From positions 1 to 64,000 of the IMG/VR virus record IMGVR_UViG_3300042566_000762: 64,000 nucleotides of DNA. One strand, 5' to 3'. Below the pieces are notes generated by a model. The model did no database searches and had not been told where the DNA came from. It saw nothing but the letters and a program-made list of their open reading frames with translations. The position numbers were made by a program, and so were the translations under genes. Below, piece after piece: positions 18,689 to 29,657 of the stretch. The stretch's first letter is position 1, and every line of letters begins with the position of its first letter. This stretch comes from a virus.

Positions 18689-21600
18689 TTACGATTTTTT
18701 AGGAGTTGCCACATTCGGGTCAACTTCGGTTAATGCAAATTTATAAACTTTTCCTTTCTTATTATTATATAAGAATAAATCATCTTCACCTTCCACTATT
18801 GTCCAATCACCTATTCCGTTGTTTAAGGATAAATCCGATGTATAAATTGTAGACCATCTATTTGAAGCTCCACCCAAATCTTGTGTACCATTAGCTGCCG
18901 GGTATAATGTACCTGTTGAATTTAATAATATCAAATTCGTACCAACTGAACCATTTCTAATACCAAATATACCTGTTCCGGAAGTTCCACCATTTACTAA
19001 TGCATATTGAACTTGTTCCGCACCTGTGTTGTTTAATGTAACACGTTGGCCTCCAGCACCCCCATCACCGGTAAGTGTTATACTACCAGTAATAAATTGT
19101 GAACCGGTAAATTGATTAGAACCCGTAGTTGCCAATCGTGCAATGTTTGTTGTAGACATTACATCTATTTGTGAAGAACCACTTACTAAAGTAGGAAGGG
19201 AACTTATTCCACTAAAAGTTATTTGTGATGAACCACTTATCAATGATGTTCCAGTTGCAGATAATGTACCGGTTATTGTTGTATTTGAACCCAAAGTAAT
19301 TAATGTACCTGTATCGGTAATATTTGAATCGTTAAGATGTTCTTTTCCAGTTCCTTTTGGTAATTTATTGTTTGTAAGATAAGTTTCGTTTCCTAAATTA
19401 TCATAAGTTTCTGGACCCAATACAAAGTGAGATGATGTTATGTTCGTACCATTTCCTCTATGTACAAAAATAAATTCATCTTGTACCGAATCATATAAGA
19501 ATGAACCTGAACCACCAACCGAACCACTATCTATTATAGTCAAACCTGCAAATCTTATTGATGGGTTTGCTGTATTTAATTGAACTATATTTGTCCCAAT
19601 ACTTACACTACTTGCAGAAATGTATTGAATAGATGAACTACCTTGTACAATTAAGTCATTTGCAATATAAACCGAACCACTATATGTTTGAGTTCCAAAG
19701 AATGTATTAGAACCTGTTGTTGCAAAACTTCCTGTTCTATTTTCTATACTTGTCAATCTTTCATTAGATGAACCCGTATTAGTTTGTATTGTGGATATTT
19801 GTGTTGCAATTGACGAACTAAGGGTAGTCAAATTTATACCATTGATATTGCCTGTACTTTCAATTGAACCACTCACTACTATATTATTTCCAAAAACTAC
19901 ACCATTTCCACCTGAAGATGTTATTTTGTTTCCATCTTGTATTTGTAATGTTCCTCTAACATCGATTAAACCAGTTGTTGGGTCAAATAATAAATTACCA
20001 CCACCTGATGTTTTTAATTGTATATCACCATCTGCTGATTGTAAAATAATATTATCACTACCTGCTTCTAAAATCTTAATTGATTGTCCTACATCAGTTG
20101 TGATTTGTAATTCTTGATTTGTCGAACCCAATACCTTTGTTCCATCTATATAAAGTGAACCAGATGAAACATATATGTCTCTCCATTGATAAGTTGTCGA
20201 ACCTAAATCGTATGTATTGTCGATTGCAGGTAGGATAGAACCACTCATTGTTTGTGTTCCTCTAAATGTATTTGAACCGGTTGTTGCTAAACTAGAAGTT
20301 AATAAGTTCAAATTTGTTATAGAACTTGCCAAACTTGCAGTAGTTGTATTTAAAGAAGTTAAATCTGTGGTTGTCAAATATGTTCCAGCAAATGCACTAT
20401 ATAAATTAATTTCAACTTGCTCACCTACTGAACTACCAGTTGTTAATGTTATAGTATTTGCATCAGTAACATTAAAATCCGATGTTAATAATTTAAAACC
20501 ATTAATATAAACATCAACATTACCTGCAGTAACCGATGCTGTTGTTGGGAAAATTGTTTGGCTTTCAGTTGCAGTATATGTTTCAATTTGTCTTATAAAT
20601 GTACTTGTGGCACTTCCACTTAATGAATATCTACTATCGTATGAACTGGTTAATTGTGATGACCCACTTATAATTCCGGAAGGTTTACTTGCAATATTAT
20701 CCCAAGTAGTTTGAGTTATACTTCCACTAACGACATATCTTGTATCATATGATGAGGTTAGTTGAGATGACCCACTTATTACACCCGTTGGTAAGTTTGC
20801 AATTGTTTGAGCCGAACCACTTACAATTCCGGCAGGCTTATTTGCAATATTGTCCCAAGTTGTTTGTGTTATACTTCCACTAACGACATATCTTGTATCA
20901 TATGAAGCGGTTAATTGAGATGAACCTGAAACTACTCCTGCAGGAAAATTAATACTGCCACTAAAACCATTTTCGTCAATCCTTGCAACTTCAACATCAC
21001 GAACATGAAATCTAACCGAATCTCCAGCTGGAATAACTTTTGTAGAACCTGTGAAATTTGCAATATAGGTTTTATGTCCAACAGGAGTTCCTATCATTGC
21101 ATCGATATCAAAATCAATTAAGTATTTTGAAGATGTTGCATTAAAATCATTTATTGTTGCAATATCATTTATATTATAATCAAATCCATTTCTAGGTAAT
21201 TCATCGCTCACTACTCCTGTCAATCCACTACCATCACCTTGAAAAGAACCACTAAAACTTCCACTATTATTTCCTTGACTTAAATCTATTCCATTCAAAT
21301 ATAAAGAACCCGTTACATTAACTGAACCTGTAAATTCATGTATGTCATCCGATGTGTTACCAAATTTAGAACTACCACTTTCGTAAAGAACGGATGAAGA
21401 AATTGTTGAAATATTAAATTGCCTTGCATTGATTGCTCCCAATACTGTTAAGTCGGAAGTGACTCCCAATGAACCACTTATTACACTAACACCATGATTG
21501 ACTGTAAGTGTATCGTTTACTTTTAAAGAACCAAATGACCCGGTTCCCTCTAATCTAATAGAGCCAGTTATTACCGAATTTGTTGTTACTACACTTTCAA

Positions 21601-21739
21601 CCGATTCAATTGAACCCGATTTTTTAAAGTAAATCTTACCATCGTAAGTATTTACCGCTAATTCTCCTAAATTTAGTGAACCTGTATCAGGTACCTTTCC
21701 CGATAACGCAGAGCGTTTCAGTTGAACAATTGATGCCAT
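18689..21739 (-). CDS. Fibre protein with Mtd-N-like anchor
   Basis: QLKRS..GKVP...L..GELAVNTYDGK; FG...DDIHEFTGS; DLGS..QWR; C-terminal DLSLNNGIGDWTIVEGEDDLFLYNNKKGKVYKF. Confidence 0.82.
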   Translation of the reverse strand: MASIVQLKRSALSGKVPDTGSLNLGELAVNTYDGKIYFKKSGSIESVESVVTTNSVITGSIRLEGTGSFGSLKVNDTLTVNHGVSVISGSLGVTSDLTVLGAINARQFNISTISSSVLYESGSSKFGNTSDDIHEFTGSVNVTGSLYLNGIDLSQGNNSGSFSGSFQGDGSGLTGVVSDELPRNGFDYNINDIATINDFNATSSKYLIDFDIDAMIGTPVGHKTYIANFTGSTKVIPAGDSVRFHVRDVEVARIDENGFSGSINFPAGVVSGSSQLTASYDTRYVVSGSITQTTWDNIANKPAGIVSGSAQTIANLPTGVISGSSQLTSSYDTRYVVSGSITQTTWDNIASKPSGIISGSSQLTSSYDSRYSLSGSATSTFIRQIETYTATESQTIFPTTASVTAGNVDVYINGFKLLTSDFNVTDANTITLTTGSSVGEQVEINLYSAFAGTYLTTTDLTSLNTTTASLASSITNLNLLTSSLATTGSNTFRGTQTMSGSILPAIDNTYDLGSTTYQWRDIYVSSGSLYIDGTKVLGSTNQELQITTDVGQSIKILEAGSDNIILQSADGDIQLKTSGGGNLLFDPTTGLIDVRGTLQIQDGNKITSSGGNGVVFGNNIVVSGSIESTGNINGINLTTLSSSIATQISTIQTNTGSSNERLTSIENRTGSFATTGSNTFFGTQTYSGSVYIANDLIVQGSSSIQYISASSVSIGTNIVQLNTANPSIRFAGLTIIDSGSVGGSGSFLYDSVQDEFIFVHRGNGTNITSSHFVLGPETYDNLGNETYLTNNKLPKGTGKEHLNDSNITDTGTLITLGSNTTITGTLSATGTSLISGSSQITFSGISSLPTLVSGSSQIDVMSTTNIARLATTGSNQFTGSQFITGSITLTGDGGAGGQRVTLNNTGAEQVQYALVNGGTSGTGIFGIRNGSVGTNLILLNSTGTLYPAANGTQDLGGASNRWSTIYTSDLSLNNGIGDWTIVEGEDDLFLYNNKKGKVYKFALTEVDPNVATPKKS
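20640..20935 (-). repeat. Internal duplication (180-bp period) encoding SGSSQLT.SYDTRYVVSGSITQTTWDNIA.KP.GI.SGS
   Basis: Near-identical DNA at about 20690-20780 and 20870-20935. Confidence 0.8.
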
Positions 21740-21769
21740 ATGGCGTATTTTAAGTTATTTAACAACAAG

Positions 21770-21783
21770 GTAGTATATACTAC
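21770..21783. promoter_or_regulatory. Perfect palindrome GTAGTATATACTAC, candidate operator or leader hairpin
   Basis: Lies between the ATATTTATG motif (21787-21795) and the start codon at 21739. Confidence 0.45.
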
Positions 21784-21800
21784 GAACATAAATATATTAT

Positions 21801-21830
21801 AAAAAGAAAAACCCCTACTTAGAGGGGTTT
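21801..21830 (-). terminator. Rho-independent terminator
   Basis: Minus strand AAACCCCT-CTAAGT-AGGGGTTT then TTCTTTTT, after 21855..22415. Confidence 0.85.
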
Positions 21831-21854
21831 AACTTATATTTTTATAAATCTTTT

Positions 21855-22415
21855 TTAGATTTCTCCACCATCTGGACCAAATGATGCTGATATTTCTAAG
21901 TTATATAATCTACCTGCTACTGAACCACTAAATGCTAATACATCACCGATTCCGTAAAGAGAACCACTAAATCCGTTTGCAGTTGTGATAGTTGCAATTG
22001 TTACATCGTTATATCTAAATTCAACCGCATCTTCAGTAGTTGCCACTTTGTAAAGAGAACCACTACCTTGTATGTATCCAATTGTTCCTGCAAATGGTTC
22101 GGAGTTGAAATCAAAGTCATCAGGTCTCATTGATGCAGTTACGCCTGTCAATTGAGCTCCACTACCTACGAATTGAGATGCGGATACTATTGATGCACTA
22201 ACTGCTCCCGTCAAACTAATTGAACCCGTTACCTTTGCTCCGGCAACTACGATTTCTACTACCTCATCAGTTGAACCTGATTTGTGTAAAAACGCTTTAC
22301 CATCATAGGTATTTAATGCTATTTCACCTACCTGCAACGATGTGGTTGTAGGTACCGAACCTGCGACACCTGAGCGTTTTAGTAAAATCGATGAAGTTGG
22401 ATTATTTGTTGCCAT
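21855..22415 (-). CDS. Short fibre/adaptor protein with Mtd-N-like anchor
   Basis: LLKRSGVAGSVP...LQVGEIALNTYDGK; ends DGGEI. Confidence 0.78.
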   Translation of the reverse strand: MATNNPTSSILLKRSGVAGSVPTTTSLQVGEIALNTYDGKAFLHKSGSTDEVVEIVVAGAKVTGSISLTGAVSASIVSASQFVGSGAQLTGVTASMRPDDFDFNSEPFAGTIGYIQGSGSLYKVATTEDAVEFRYNDVTIATITTANGFSGSLYGIGDVLAFSGSVAGRLYNLEISASFGPDGGEI

Positions 22416-22445
22416 ATATTTTTATTTTATCTTTCTTTTTTATTA

Positions 22446-25400
22446 TTAATAAGTTCCTCCGTCTATTATTGAAATTCTAGTTTCTATCGATGCACTAAAT
22501 GTGTTAAATCCAGTTGTTTGTGTAATATCGATTTGTGATGAACCACTTACAATACCACCTGGTTTACCATTGATGTTTTCCCAAGTTGCCCCAGCTACTG
22601 ATGCACTTATTGAAGTTGCAATTGAACTACTAAATGTTGAATATCCGGTTGTATCAGTAATTGTAATTTGTGATGAACCACTTATTACACCTTCAACGTT
22701 TAATTTAGTTTTAATTGTAGTATCAATCGAAGAACTAAATGAATTTAAACTTCCAGATGTAGTTTCTAAATTATCTAATCTACCATTTTGTGTAGCTTGA
22801 GAAGATGCGAATGAAGAACTCAATAATGTTTGAGATGCTGCACTTGCAGAGAATGATGTTGCTACCGAAGAACTAAAGTTTCCAGTCACATTTGCTACAC
22901 TCGCAGATAATGCGGTGATACTAGCGTTACTTGCTGAGAATGAAGTTGCTACCGATGAACTAAAGTTTCCAGTTACACTTGCTACACTTGCCGATAATGA
23001 TGTGATGTTTGCGTTACTTGCACTAAAATCAGTTGCTACTGAACCACTAAATGTAGAGTATCCATTAATTTGGTCGAAAAGTATTTGTGCAGAAGAGGTA
23101 ACTAAATTGTCACCACCCATTAATGCTACTTTACTTTCAGCTCCTGCTGCTCCGGCCTTCCAATAGTCGTTTGTTGAATCCCAAAGTAAAGAACCACTTA
23201 CCGTATTAGGTGCAGTTGGGTCTTTAACTAATAATCCACCATTTGCTGCTCCTGTACCATTTAATTCGATGATGTTATCACCCAATTGAATTGTTGTAGA
23301 TTCTACCGATGTTGTTGTACCTCTTACAGTAAAATCACCCAATACTATAACATTAGAACCAGTCAATTCAAATGCGGTCTTTAATGAAGATGAGTAAGAG
23401 TTTAATGCTGCTACTGAAGTATTTAAACTTGCAGTTGTTGTATTTAAATTACTTACTGATGTGTTTACACTCGCAGAAGTTGATTCCAAATTAGTCAATC
23501 TATCTAAAGTAGAACCACTAAATGTATTTAAAGATGCAGATGCGATATTCAATGCATCAATACTAATTTGTTGCGATGCGGTTGAACTATTTAAAGCTGC
23601 TATTGATACATTTACACTTGCCGATGTGCTTTCTAAATTTGTTAACCTATCTAAGTTTGAACCACTTACAACATTCAAAGCGTCAATGCTAACTTGTTGA
23701 GAAGCAGACGAAGTATTTAAAGCTGCAATTGAAATATTGACACTTGCAGAAGTTGTTTGTAAATTACTTAATCTACTATCAACACTTGCAGAAGTTGTTT
23801 CTAAATTAGATAATCTTCCCTCAGCGGAAGCAGTAAATGCGTTTAGAGCGGTTGTTGATGAATTTGAAGATGTATAACTATTCAATGCATCAATACTAAT
23901 TTGTTGAGATGCCGTTGAACTATTTAAAGCTGCAATTGAAATATTAACACTTGCAGAAGTTGATTCTAAATTAGATAATCTACCACTTGCAGATGCAGTA
24001 TAATCATTTAAAGATGCCGATGAAACATTTAATGCGTCAATACTAACTTGTTGAGAAGCCGATGATGTGTTTAATGCTGCTACCGAAGTATTTACACTTG
24101 CAGAAGTTGATTCTAAATTGGATAATCTATTACTTGCAGATGATGTAAATGTGTTTAAAGATGCGGATGAAACATTTAAAGCATCAATACTAACTTGTTG
24201 AGATGCCGTTGAACTATTTAAAGCTGCTATTGATACATTAACACTTGCACTCGTACTTTCTAAGTTTGTTAATCTATCTAAGTTTGAACCACTTACAACA
24301 TTTAAAGCATCAATACTAACTTGTTGAGAAGCCGATGATGTGTTTAATGCTGCAATTGAAGTATTTACACTTGCAGAAGTTGTTTCTAAATTTGTTAATC
24401 TACTCAAATTTGAACCACTTACAATATTTAATGCGTCAATGCTAATTTGTTGAGAAGCAGATGATGTGTTTAATGCTGCTACCGAAGTGTTTACACTTGC
24501 ACTAAATGTGTTTAAATTTGAAACCGAAATATTAACACTTGCAGAAGTTGATTCTAAGTTTGTTAATCTATTATCTTGTGTATCATTTGTAGATTTTGCA
24601 GCTGATGCAGAAATGATTAAACTTCCGGTAATAGTTGCAATTTCAGTTAATTTTGTTTCAACTGAAGAACTAAATGATTCTATATTAGATAATCTACCTA
24701 ATGTAGAAGAACTAAATGAGTTTAAGTTTGTTATTGAAACTCCAACACCACTGCCTACATTTGCAACAATTGATGCTAATGAAGCACTAACTGATTGAGA
24801 ATATGCGGTTACGTTACCAATACCTTCAATTGAACCACTAAATCCTGCCGATGCACTTATTGGGCCCGTTACATTTAATGAAGTTTCAATGAATACACCA
24901 TTTACACCCTTAACAGTTACAGTTTGTGCACTATCATTTATTGCTACATAGTTAGTATCATCACCTAAGAAAGTTAATCCGGTTGTTCCTTTAATATGAA
25001 CATCACTAGCTCCGGTGTTATAAATTTGAACTTGTCTTGCATCGTTAATATCAGGTTGTAAGAATATTGAACTAGTACCTATTATCGCCTCATTGACAAT
25101 CAATGAACCACTTACGCCTAAACCACCATTAATATTTATTTTATTGGTTGTTTGGGTCATCATTGAATCACCAATATGGTCATCACCTGTTGCAACCATA
25201 ATTTTACCTGGAGTAATACGAACTTCATTACCCAAAGAACCGGAGTTCAATGGACCAGATATTAATATTGCACTCATTGCAGCTTCAGAGCCAGTATTTG
25301 GATGTTGATAAATCCAGTTATTGTTTAATGAATCCCATAATAATGAACCACTTACTCCTTGTGCAGAACCACTATCTTGTACCGATATTCCACCAAATCT

Positions 25401-26489
25401 AACTGCAGGGGAATCATTGTTAAGTATTACTCTATTTGTACCAATTGATACCACACTTGCACTAATCAATTCCAATGATGATGAACCTTGTACTATTAAA
25501 TCTTGTGTAATATATAATGAACCGGTGATTACTTGTTGTCCGTAGAATATATTTGAACCACTTAATAATGCGTATGAACCACTTACCGATTCTAAAGTAT
25601 CTAATCTGCTATTTTGTGCATCATTTAATGTATCATTTGATTGAGTATATGAATGTATACTTGAAATAAATGTATTTACACTTGCTGATGTAGATTCTAA
25701 ATTATTTAATCTACCATCTTGTATAGCTTGTGATGAAGATACATTATATGCACTTGCACTAAATGAAGTTGCAACACTTGCACTTAATTGTGTTTGTGAT
25801 GCTCCACTTGCACTAATTGAGGTTGCAACTGAAGAACTAAATACTGCAGTCGAACTTGATATACTTGAAGATAAATTGGTTTGAGAAGCTTGACTTGCAC
25901 TAAATGAGGTTGATACCGATGAACTTAATGATGTCACACTGGCTGCACTTGCACTAAATGAAGTTGCTACCGAAGAACTAAATTCTCCTGTTACAGATGA
26001 AACTGATGCAGATAAAGCAACTATACTAGCATTACTTGCAGAGAATGAAGTTGCTACCGAACCACTAAACTCACCAGTTACAGATGAAACTGATGCAGAT
26101 AATGCAGTTACACTTGCATTACTTGCTGAGAATGAAGTTGCAACTGATGAACTAAAGTTACTAATGTTGCCCGTTAAATCTGGGATATCATTTTTGTCAG
26201 AACCAAGTAAGTATAAAGTTGAACTACCACTTGCATAGTAAGGAACACCTTTTACCAATCCATTGTAAGTAGATGAACTAAATACATTTGGTGCGTTGGT
26301 GCCCATTAAGAATCTATTAACTGCTTGAACCGAACCACTTTCGGTTGCTGCGAATAGAATAGATGAACCATTGGTTGTCGTTAAGTTGGACGAACCTGAG
26401 GTTATTATTAATTCACCTTTCTGGAAAGATGAGGTTGCTGCTGATAACGATTCCAACGAACCACGTCTGTGTCTAATGATTTGTGCCAT
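22446..26489 (-). CDS. Long Ser-rich coiled-coil fibre protein
   Basis: RHRRG...KGEL anchor; heptad repeats RLxNLESTSASVN.SIAALN.S.ASQQ.SIDALN; GDNIIELNG..ANGGL module; ends DGGTY. Confidence 0.82.
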   Translation of the reverse strand: MAQIIRHRRGSLESLSAATSSFQKGELIITSGSSNLTTTNGSSILFAATESGSVQAVNRFLMGTNAPNVFSSSTYNGLVKGVPYYASGSSTLYLLGSDKNDIPDLTGNISNFSSSVATSFSASNASVTALSASVSSVTGEFSGSVATSFSASNASIVALSASVSSVTGEFSSSVATSFSASAASVTSLSSSVSTSFSASQASQTNLSSSISSSTAVFSSSVATSISASGASQTQLSASVATSFSASAYNVSSSQAIQDGRLNNLESTSASVNTFISSIHSYTQSNDTLNDAQNSRLDTLESVSGSYALLSGSNIFYGQQVITGSLYITQDLIVQGSSSLELISASVVSIGTNRVILNNDSPAVRFGGISVQDSGSAQGVSGSLLWDSLNNNWIYQHPNTGSEAAMSAILISGPLNSGSLGNEVRITPGKIMVATGDDHIGDSMMTQTTNKININGGLGVSGSLIVNEAIIGTSSIFLQPDINDARQVQIYNTGASDVHIKGTTGLTFLGDDTNYVAINDSAQTVTVKGVNGVFIETSLNVTGPISASAGFSGSIEGIGNVTAYSQSVSASLASIVANVGSGVGVSITNLNSFSSSTLGRLSNIESFSSSVETKLTEIATITGSLIISASAAKSTNDTQDNRLTNLESTSASVNISVSNLNTFSASVNTSVAALNTSSASQQISIDALNIVSGSNLSRLTNLETTSASVNTSIAALNTSSASQQVSIDALNVVSGSNLDRLTNLESTSASVNVSIAALNSSTASQQVSIDALNVSSASLNTFTSSASNRLSNLESTSASVNTSVAALNTSSASQQVSIDALNVSSASLNDYTASASGRLSNLESTSASVNISIAALNSSTASQQISIDALNSYTSSNSSTTALNAFTASAEGRLSNLETTSASVDSRLSNLQTTSASVNISIAALNTSSASQQVSIDALNVVSGSNLDRLTNLESTSASVNVSIAALNSSTASQQISIDALNIASASLNTFSGSTLDRLTNLESTSASVNTSVSNLNTTTASLNTSVAALNSYSSSLKTAFELTGSNVIVLGDFTVRGTTTSVESTTIQLGDNIIELNGTGAANGGLLVKDPTAPNTVSGSLLWDSTNDYWKAGAAGAESKVALMGGDNLVTSSAQILFDQINGYSTFSGSVATDFSASNANITSLSASVASVTGNFSSSVATSFSASNASITALSASVANVTGNFSSSVATSFSASAASQTLLSSSFASSQATQNGRLDNLETTSGSLNSFSSSIDTTIKTKLNVEGVISGSSQITITDTTGYSTFSSSIATSISASVAGATWENINGKPGGIVSGSSQIDITQTTGFNTFSASIETRISIIDGGTY
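23400..24580 (-). repeat. Tandem 42/49-aa coiled-coil repeats
   Basis: Repeated DNA blocks such as acacttgcagaagttg and gcatcaatactaacttgttgaga. Confidence 0.85.
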
Positions 26490-26595
26490 ATTTTATTGTT
26501 ATTCTCTTAATTAAGGTTATTCCTCAATAAATATCTATTTCAAGTTAAAACAGATTCAATTATTGATTTTATTCTATATATTTTTTTTTATTATA

Positions 26596-26976
26596 TTAAA
26601 ACTCTCCTGCATCCAAATTCGAAGATGTAACATACAACTCATTATCAGTTGCAAAAGTATTATCAATAGATTGTGTAAATGATGTAAAGTTTGCTAAAAC
26701 AATGTCAATTACTTGTTGAGAACTACTTATAACACCAGTTGGTAAATTTCCTTCCAAAGTTCCTATTACCAATTGTGTCCAACCATTTGAATTTCCTACA
26801 TTTGATGTATCGGTTAAAATCCAAATTGTATTATCACTTTGTTGATAAACTTGCAATCCTTCATATACATTAGCAGATGACAATGCATAACGTGCTGATT
26901 GGTCTGCTAAACTAAATCTAGCATCAACAGGCTCATTGTTCGTTATGTCAAACCCACTAGGTAATATAATTGCCAT
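26596..26976 (-). CDS. Small virion structural protein
   Basis: GFDIT..EPVDAR..YEGLQVY; ends FATDNELYVTSSNLDAGEF. Confidence 0.65.
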   Translation of the reverse strand: MAIILPSGFDITNNEPVDARFSLADQSARYALSSANVYEGLQVYQQSDNTIWILTDTSNVGNSNGWTQLVIGTLEGNLPTGVISSSQQVIDIVLANFTSFTQSIDNTFATDNELYVTSSNLDAGEF

Positions 26977-26991
26977 TTCTTATTGTTCTAT

Positions 26992-29136
26992 TTATGTTAA
27001 TATATATGTCCAACTTTTACCAGCTCCACCTGCTTGCAATGTAGTTGATTTGTAAACTTTATATTGTCCAACCGTTGTTACTGCGAATGAACTAAATACA
27101 CCAAAACCACCTGTTGTGATGTTTGTTAAGTTAGATAGTGAACTATTGAATACTATATAATGGTATTTATCACCAGTATGCGTAATTGTTACACTTTGTC
27201 CACTTGCAGTTACTGTTCCTTTTGCAATTGTTCCTATTGTTCCACCCAATGTAGTATCCCATGCACCAATGTTTTCCAATTCTCCTGCTGTAAATGATGT
27301 TGCCGTACTTGCACCATATCTTAAACTTCTAATCTTTGTATATGTAGTAGTTGCAGTTGATGTAGTTGTAGCATCAGGAACATTCTCACCCGTTGGAGAT
27401 GCGTAGTTTGCGGTTGCCGTTATACTAATTGAAGTAGAACCTGTTGCAGAACCCGTTACTGAATATGGTGATGTCACATTTGTTGTTACACTTGTCAAAT
27501 TCCAACCATTAGAAGGATTTGCAGATGATGATGTAAACGAAATACTACCGGTTGCACCTTGTTCAATTTGATTAGAAGTAACTCCCAATTGAATTGTTGC
27601 AGTTGGTGTTAATGTAGGTGCTGCAGGATTTGATTTAGATACTGTTCCTGTTGTTGTAGTTGATGTTTTATATATTGTGCCATCTAATGGAGAACTAGCC
27701 GTATATTCTAATCTATATGTGTGAGAACCCGATGTTGTTGTATTATATGTTAAAGATGTTCCACTACCAACTTGTGTTAATAGAGTTGCTCCTTCATATA
27801 ATGATGCACTTACCAATGTATATCCTTGATTATTCCAAGTTCCATTAACTGAGTATACATCGGTTACATTATTAAATCTGTCCGTTGCAAATCCGCTTGT
27901 GGATGCTGCTACTGACGTTGGTGCTAATGGTGTTCCAAAAATAAATTTCAATGTTCCGTTTACAAATGTTACTGCAACATCCGAACTATAATCTGCAACT
28001 TCTATTCCTGTTAGGTTTTGAACACTATTTGTTACATAGTTAATAAAACCACTACTTGCACTCAAACTTGCCAATGAAGATGATACCGATGAACTTAAAG
28101 TTGTTATTGAACTTATACTAGAACTTAATCCAGTAGCTACCGATGTACTAATCGATGATGATATCAATGTTTGAGATGATGATAGTGATGCACTTACAAT
28201 AGCAACCTCTATATCAGTTGCTATAACCGATAATGAACTGCTAAGTGATTCACTAACAATTTCAATAATAGATGCCGATATTGACGAACTTAATGATGTT
28301 ATACTTGCGTTACTTTCACTAATTGATGTTGCCAATGATGAACTTAAACTATTAATTGATGCCACACTTCCACTTAAAGTTGATGCTATTGATGAACTTA
28401 TAGAAGAAGATATTAATGTTTGAGATGCTGAAATTGAAGAACTTATTATAGATACTTCCAAATCAGTTGCTATGGTTGATAGAGAATTACTAAGTGAGGA
28501 ACTAACCGTATTAATAATAGTTGATGTCAAAGAAGAACTCAATGCACTAATGGTTCCATTTATAGAAGAACTCAATTCGGTTTGAGAAAATTGACTTGCA
28601 CTAAATGAAGTTGCTACCGAAGAACTTAATGTAGTTTGGGAAGCTTGACTTGCACTAAATGAAGTTGCTATCGAAGAACTTAAATTTGATAAGTTTAAAC
28701 TTTGTGTTAGAAATGTTTGAGCAACTGAGGAACTAAAATCTCCAGTTACACTTTGTATTGATGAACTTAGAGAACTTATAGATTGTGCAACCGATGAACT
28801 AAATGAACTAATGTTACCCGTTAAGTTGATTGGAGTATTACCATCACTACCTAACAAATATAAAGTTCCACTACCACTATCGTAGTAAGGAACTCCATTT
28901 ACTAAACCACCATATGTTGATGCCGGAAATTCATTTGGTGCCGAACTACCAATTATAAATCTATTTGTAGCTTGTGCTGAACCACTTTCGGTTGCTGCAA
29001 ATACAATAGATGAACCATTTGAAGATGTAATATTTGATGAACCCGTTACAATTAAAATTTCACCCTTTTTGAGGGAACCCGTAATATTGGATAATCTTTC
29101 TAAGGCACCCCTTTTATGTTGTATTAATTGAGCCAT
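26992..29136 (-). CDS. Ser/Thr-rich fibre protein with Ig-like C-terminal region
   Basis: First ~120 aa paralogous to 22446..26489; Ser-rich coiled coil; Thr-rich beta domains. Confidence 0.75.
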   Translation of the reverse strand: MAQLIQHKRGALERLSNITGSLKKGEILIVTGSSNITSSNGSSIVFAATESGSAQATNRFIIGSSAPNEFPASTYGGLVNGVPYYDSGSGTLYLLGSDGNTPINLTGNISSFSSSVAQSISSLSSSIQSVTGDFSSSVAQTFLTQSLNLSNLSSSIATSFSASQASQTTLSSSVATSFSASQFSQTELSSSINGTISALSSSLTSTIINTVSSSLSNSLSTIATDLEVSIISSSISASQTLISSSISSSIASTLSGSVASINSLSSSLATSISESNASITSLSSSISASIIEIVSESLSSSLSVIATDIEVAIVSASLSSSQTLISSSISTSVATGLSSSISSITTLSSSVSSSLASLSASSGFINYVTNSVQNLTGIEVADYSSDVAVTFVNGTLKFIFGTPLAPTSVAASTSGFATDRFNNVTDVYSVNGTWNNQGYTLVSASLYEGATLLTQVGSGTSLTYNTTTSGSHTYRLEYTASSPLDGTIYKTSTTTTGTVSKSNPAAPTLTPTATIQLGVTSNQIEQGATGSISFTSSSANPSNGWNLTSVTTNVTSPYSVTGSATGSTSISITATANYASPTGENVPDATTTSTATTTYTKIRSLRYGASTATSFTAGELENIGAWDTTLGGTIGTIAKGTVTASGQSVTITHTGDKYHYIVFNSSLSNLTNITTGGFGVFSSFAVTTVGQYKVYKSTTLQAGGAGKSWTYILT

Positions 29137-29183
29137 CTATATTATTCTTAATTTACTTTATTATGTATAAATATAACTTTTAA

Positions 29184-29657
29184 TTAAAACTCCCCCTGGT
29201 CAATAATATTCGATGCAGTAAGATAAACTTCTAAATCGGTTGCAAACGTATCTCCTAAAGATGCAGTATAAGAATGGAATGATTGTGTCGTTGTATAAGA
29301 TGTAGTTATTGCTCTTAAACTTGAACTTACCGATTGACTTAATGCGGTCACCGATAATGCACTTCCACTTAATGTAGCTGCAATTGAAGAACTTATTGAT
29401 GATGATATTAAAATTTGTGATGAAGATATTGAAGCACTTACAACCGCTACTTCTAAATCTGTGGCTATATCATTATATCCAATTGTTCCCGTAATAAATA
29501 TTTGAGATGAACCCGATACAACACCATCAGGTAAAGTAGCTGCTACATTATCTTGTATGATATCAATTACCGATTGTGAAAAATCGGTACCAATGTTTGC
29601 AGATTGTTGTAATGCAGAACCACTTTCTATTTGTTTTAATCTTATTAAGTTTGCCAT
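29184..29657 (-). CDS. Small virion structural protein
   Basis: Shares IATDLEV..SSSISSSIA.TLSGS with 26992..29136 and FATD..DxGEF with 26596..26976. Confidence 0.65.
   Translation of the reverse strand: MANLIRLKQIESGSALQQSANIGTDFSQSVIDIIQDNVAATLPDGVVSGSSQIFITGTIGYNDIATDLEVAVVSASISSSQILISSSISSSIAATLSGSALSVTALSQSVSSSLRAITTSYTTTQSFHSYTASLGDTFATDLEVYLTASNIIDQGEF

Noticed and set aside
23400-24580. Regular DNA repeats resembling a CRISPR array
   Set aside because: They are in-frame coding repeats with third-position variation, no unique spacers and no cas genes
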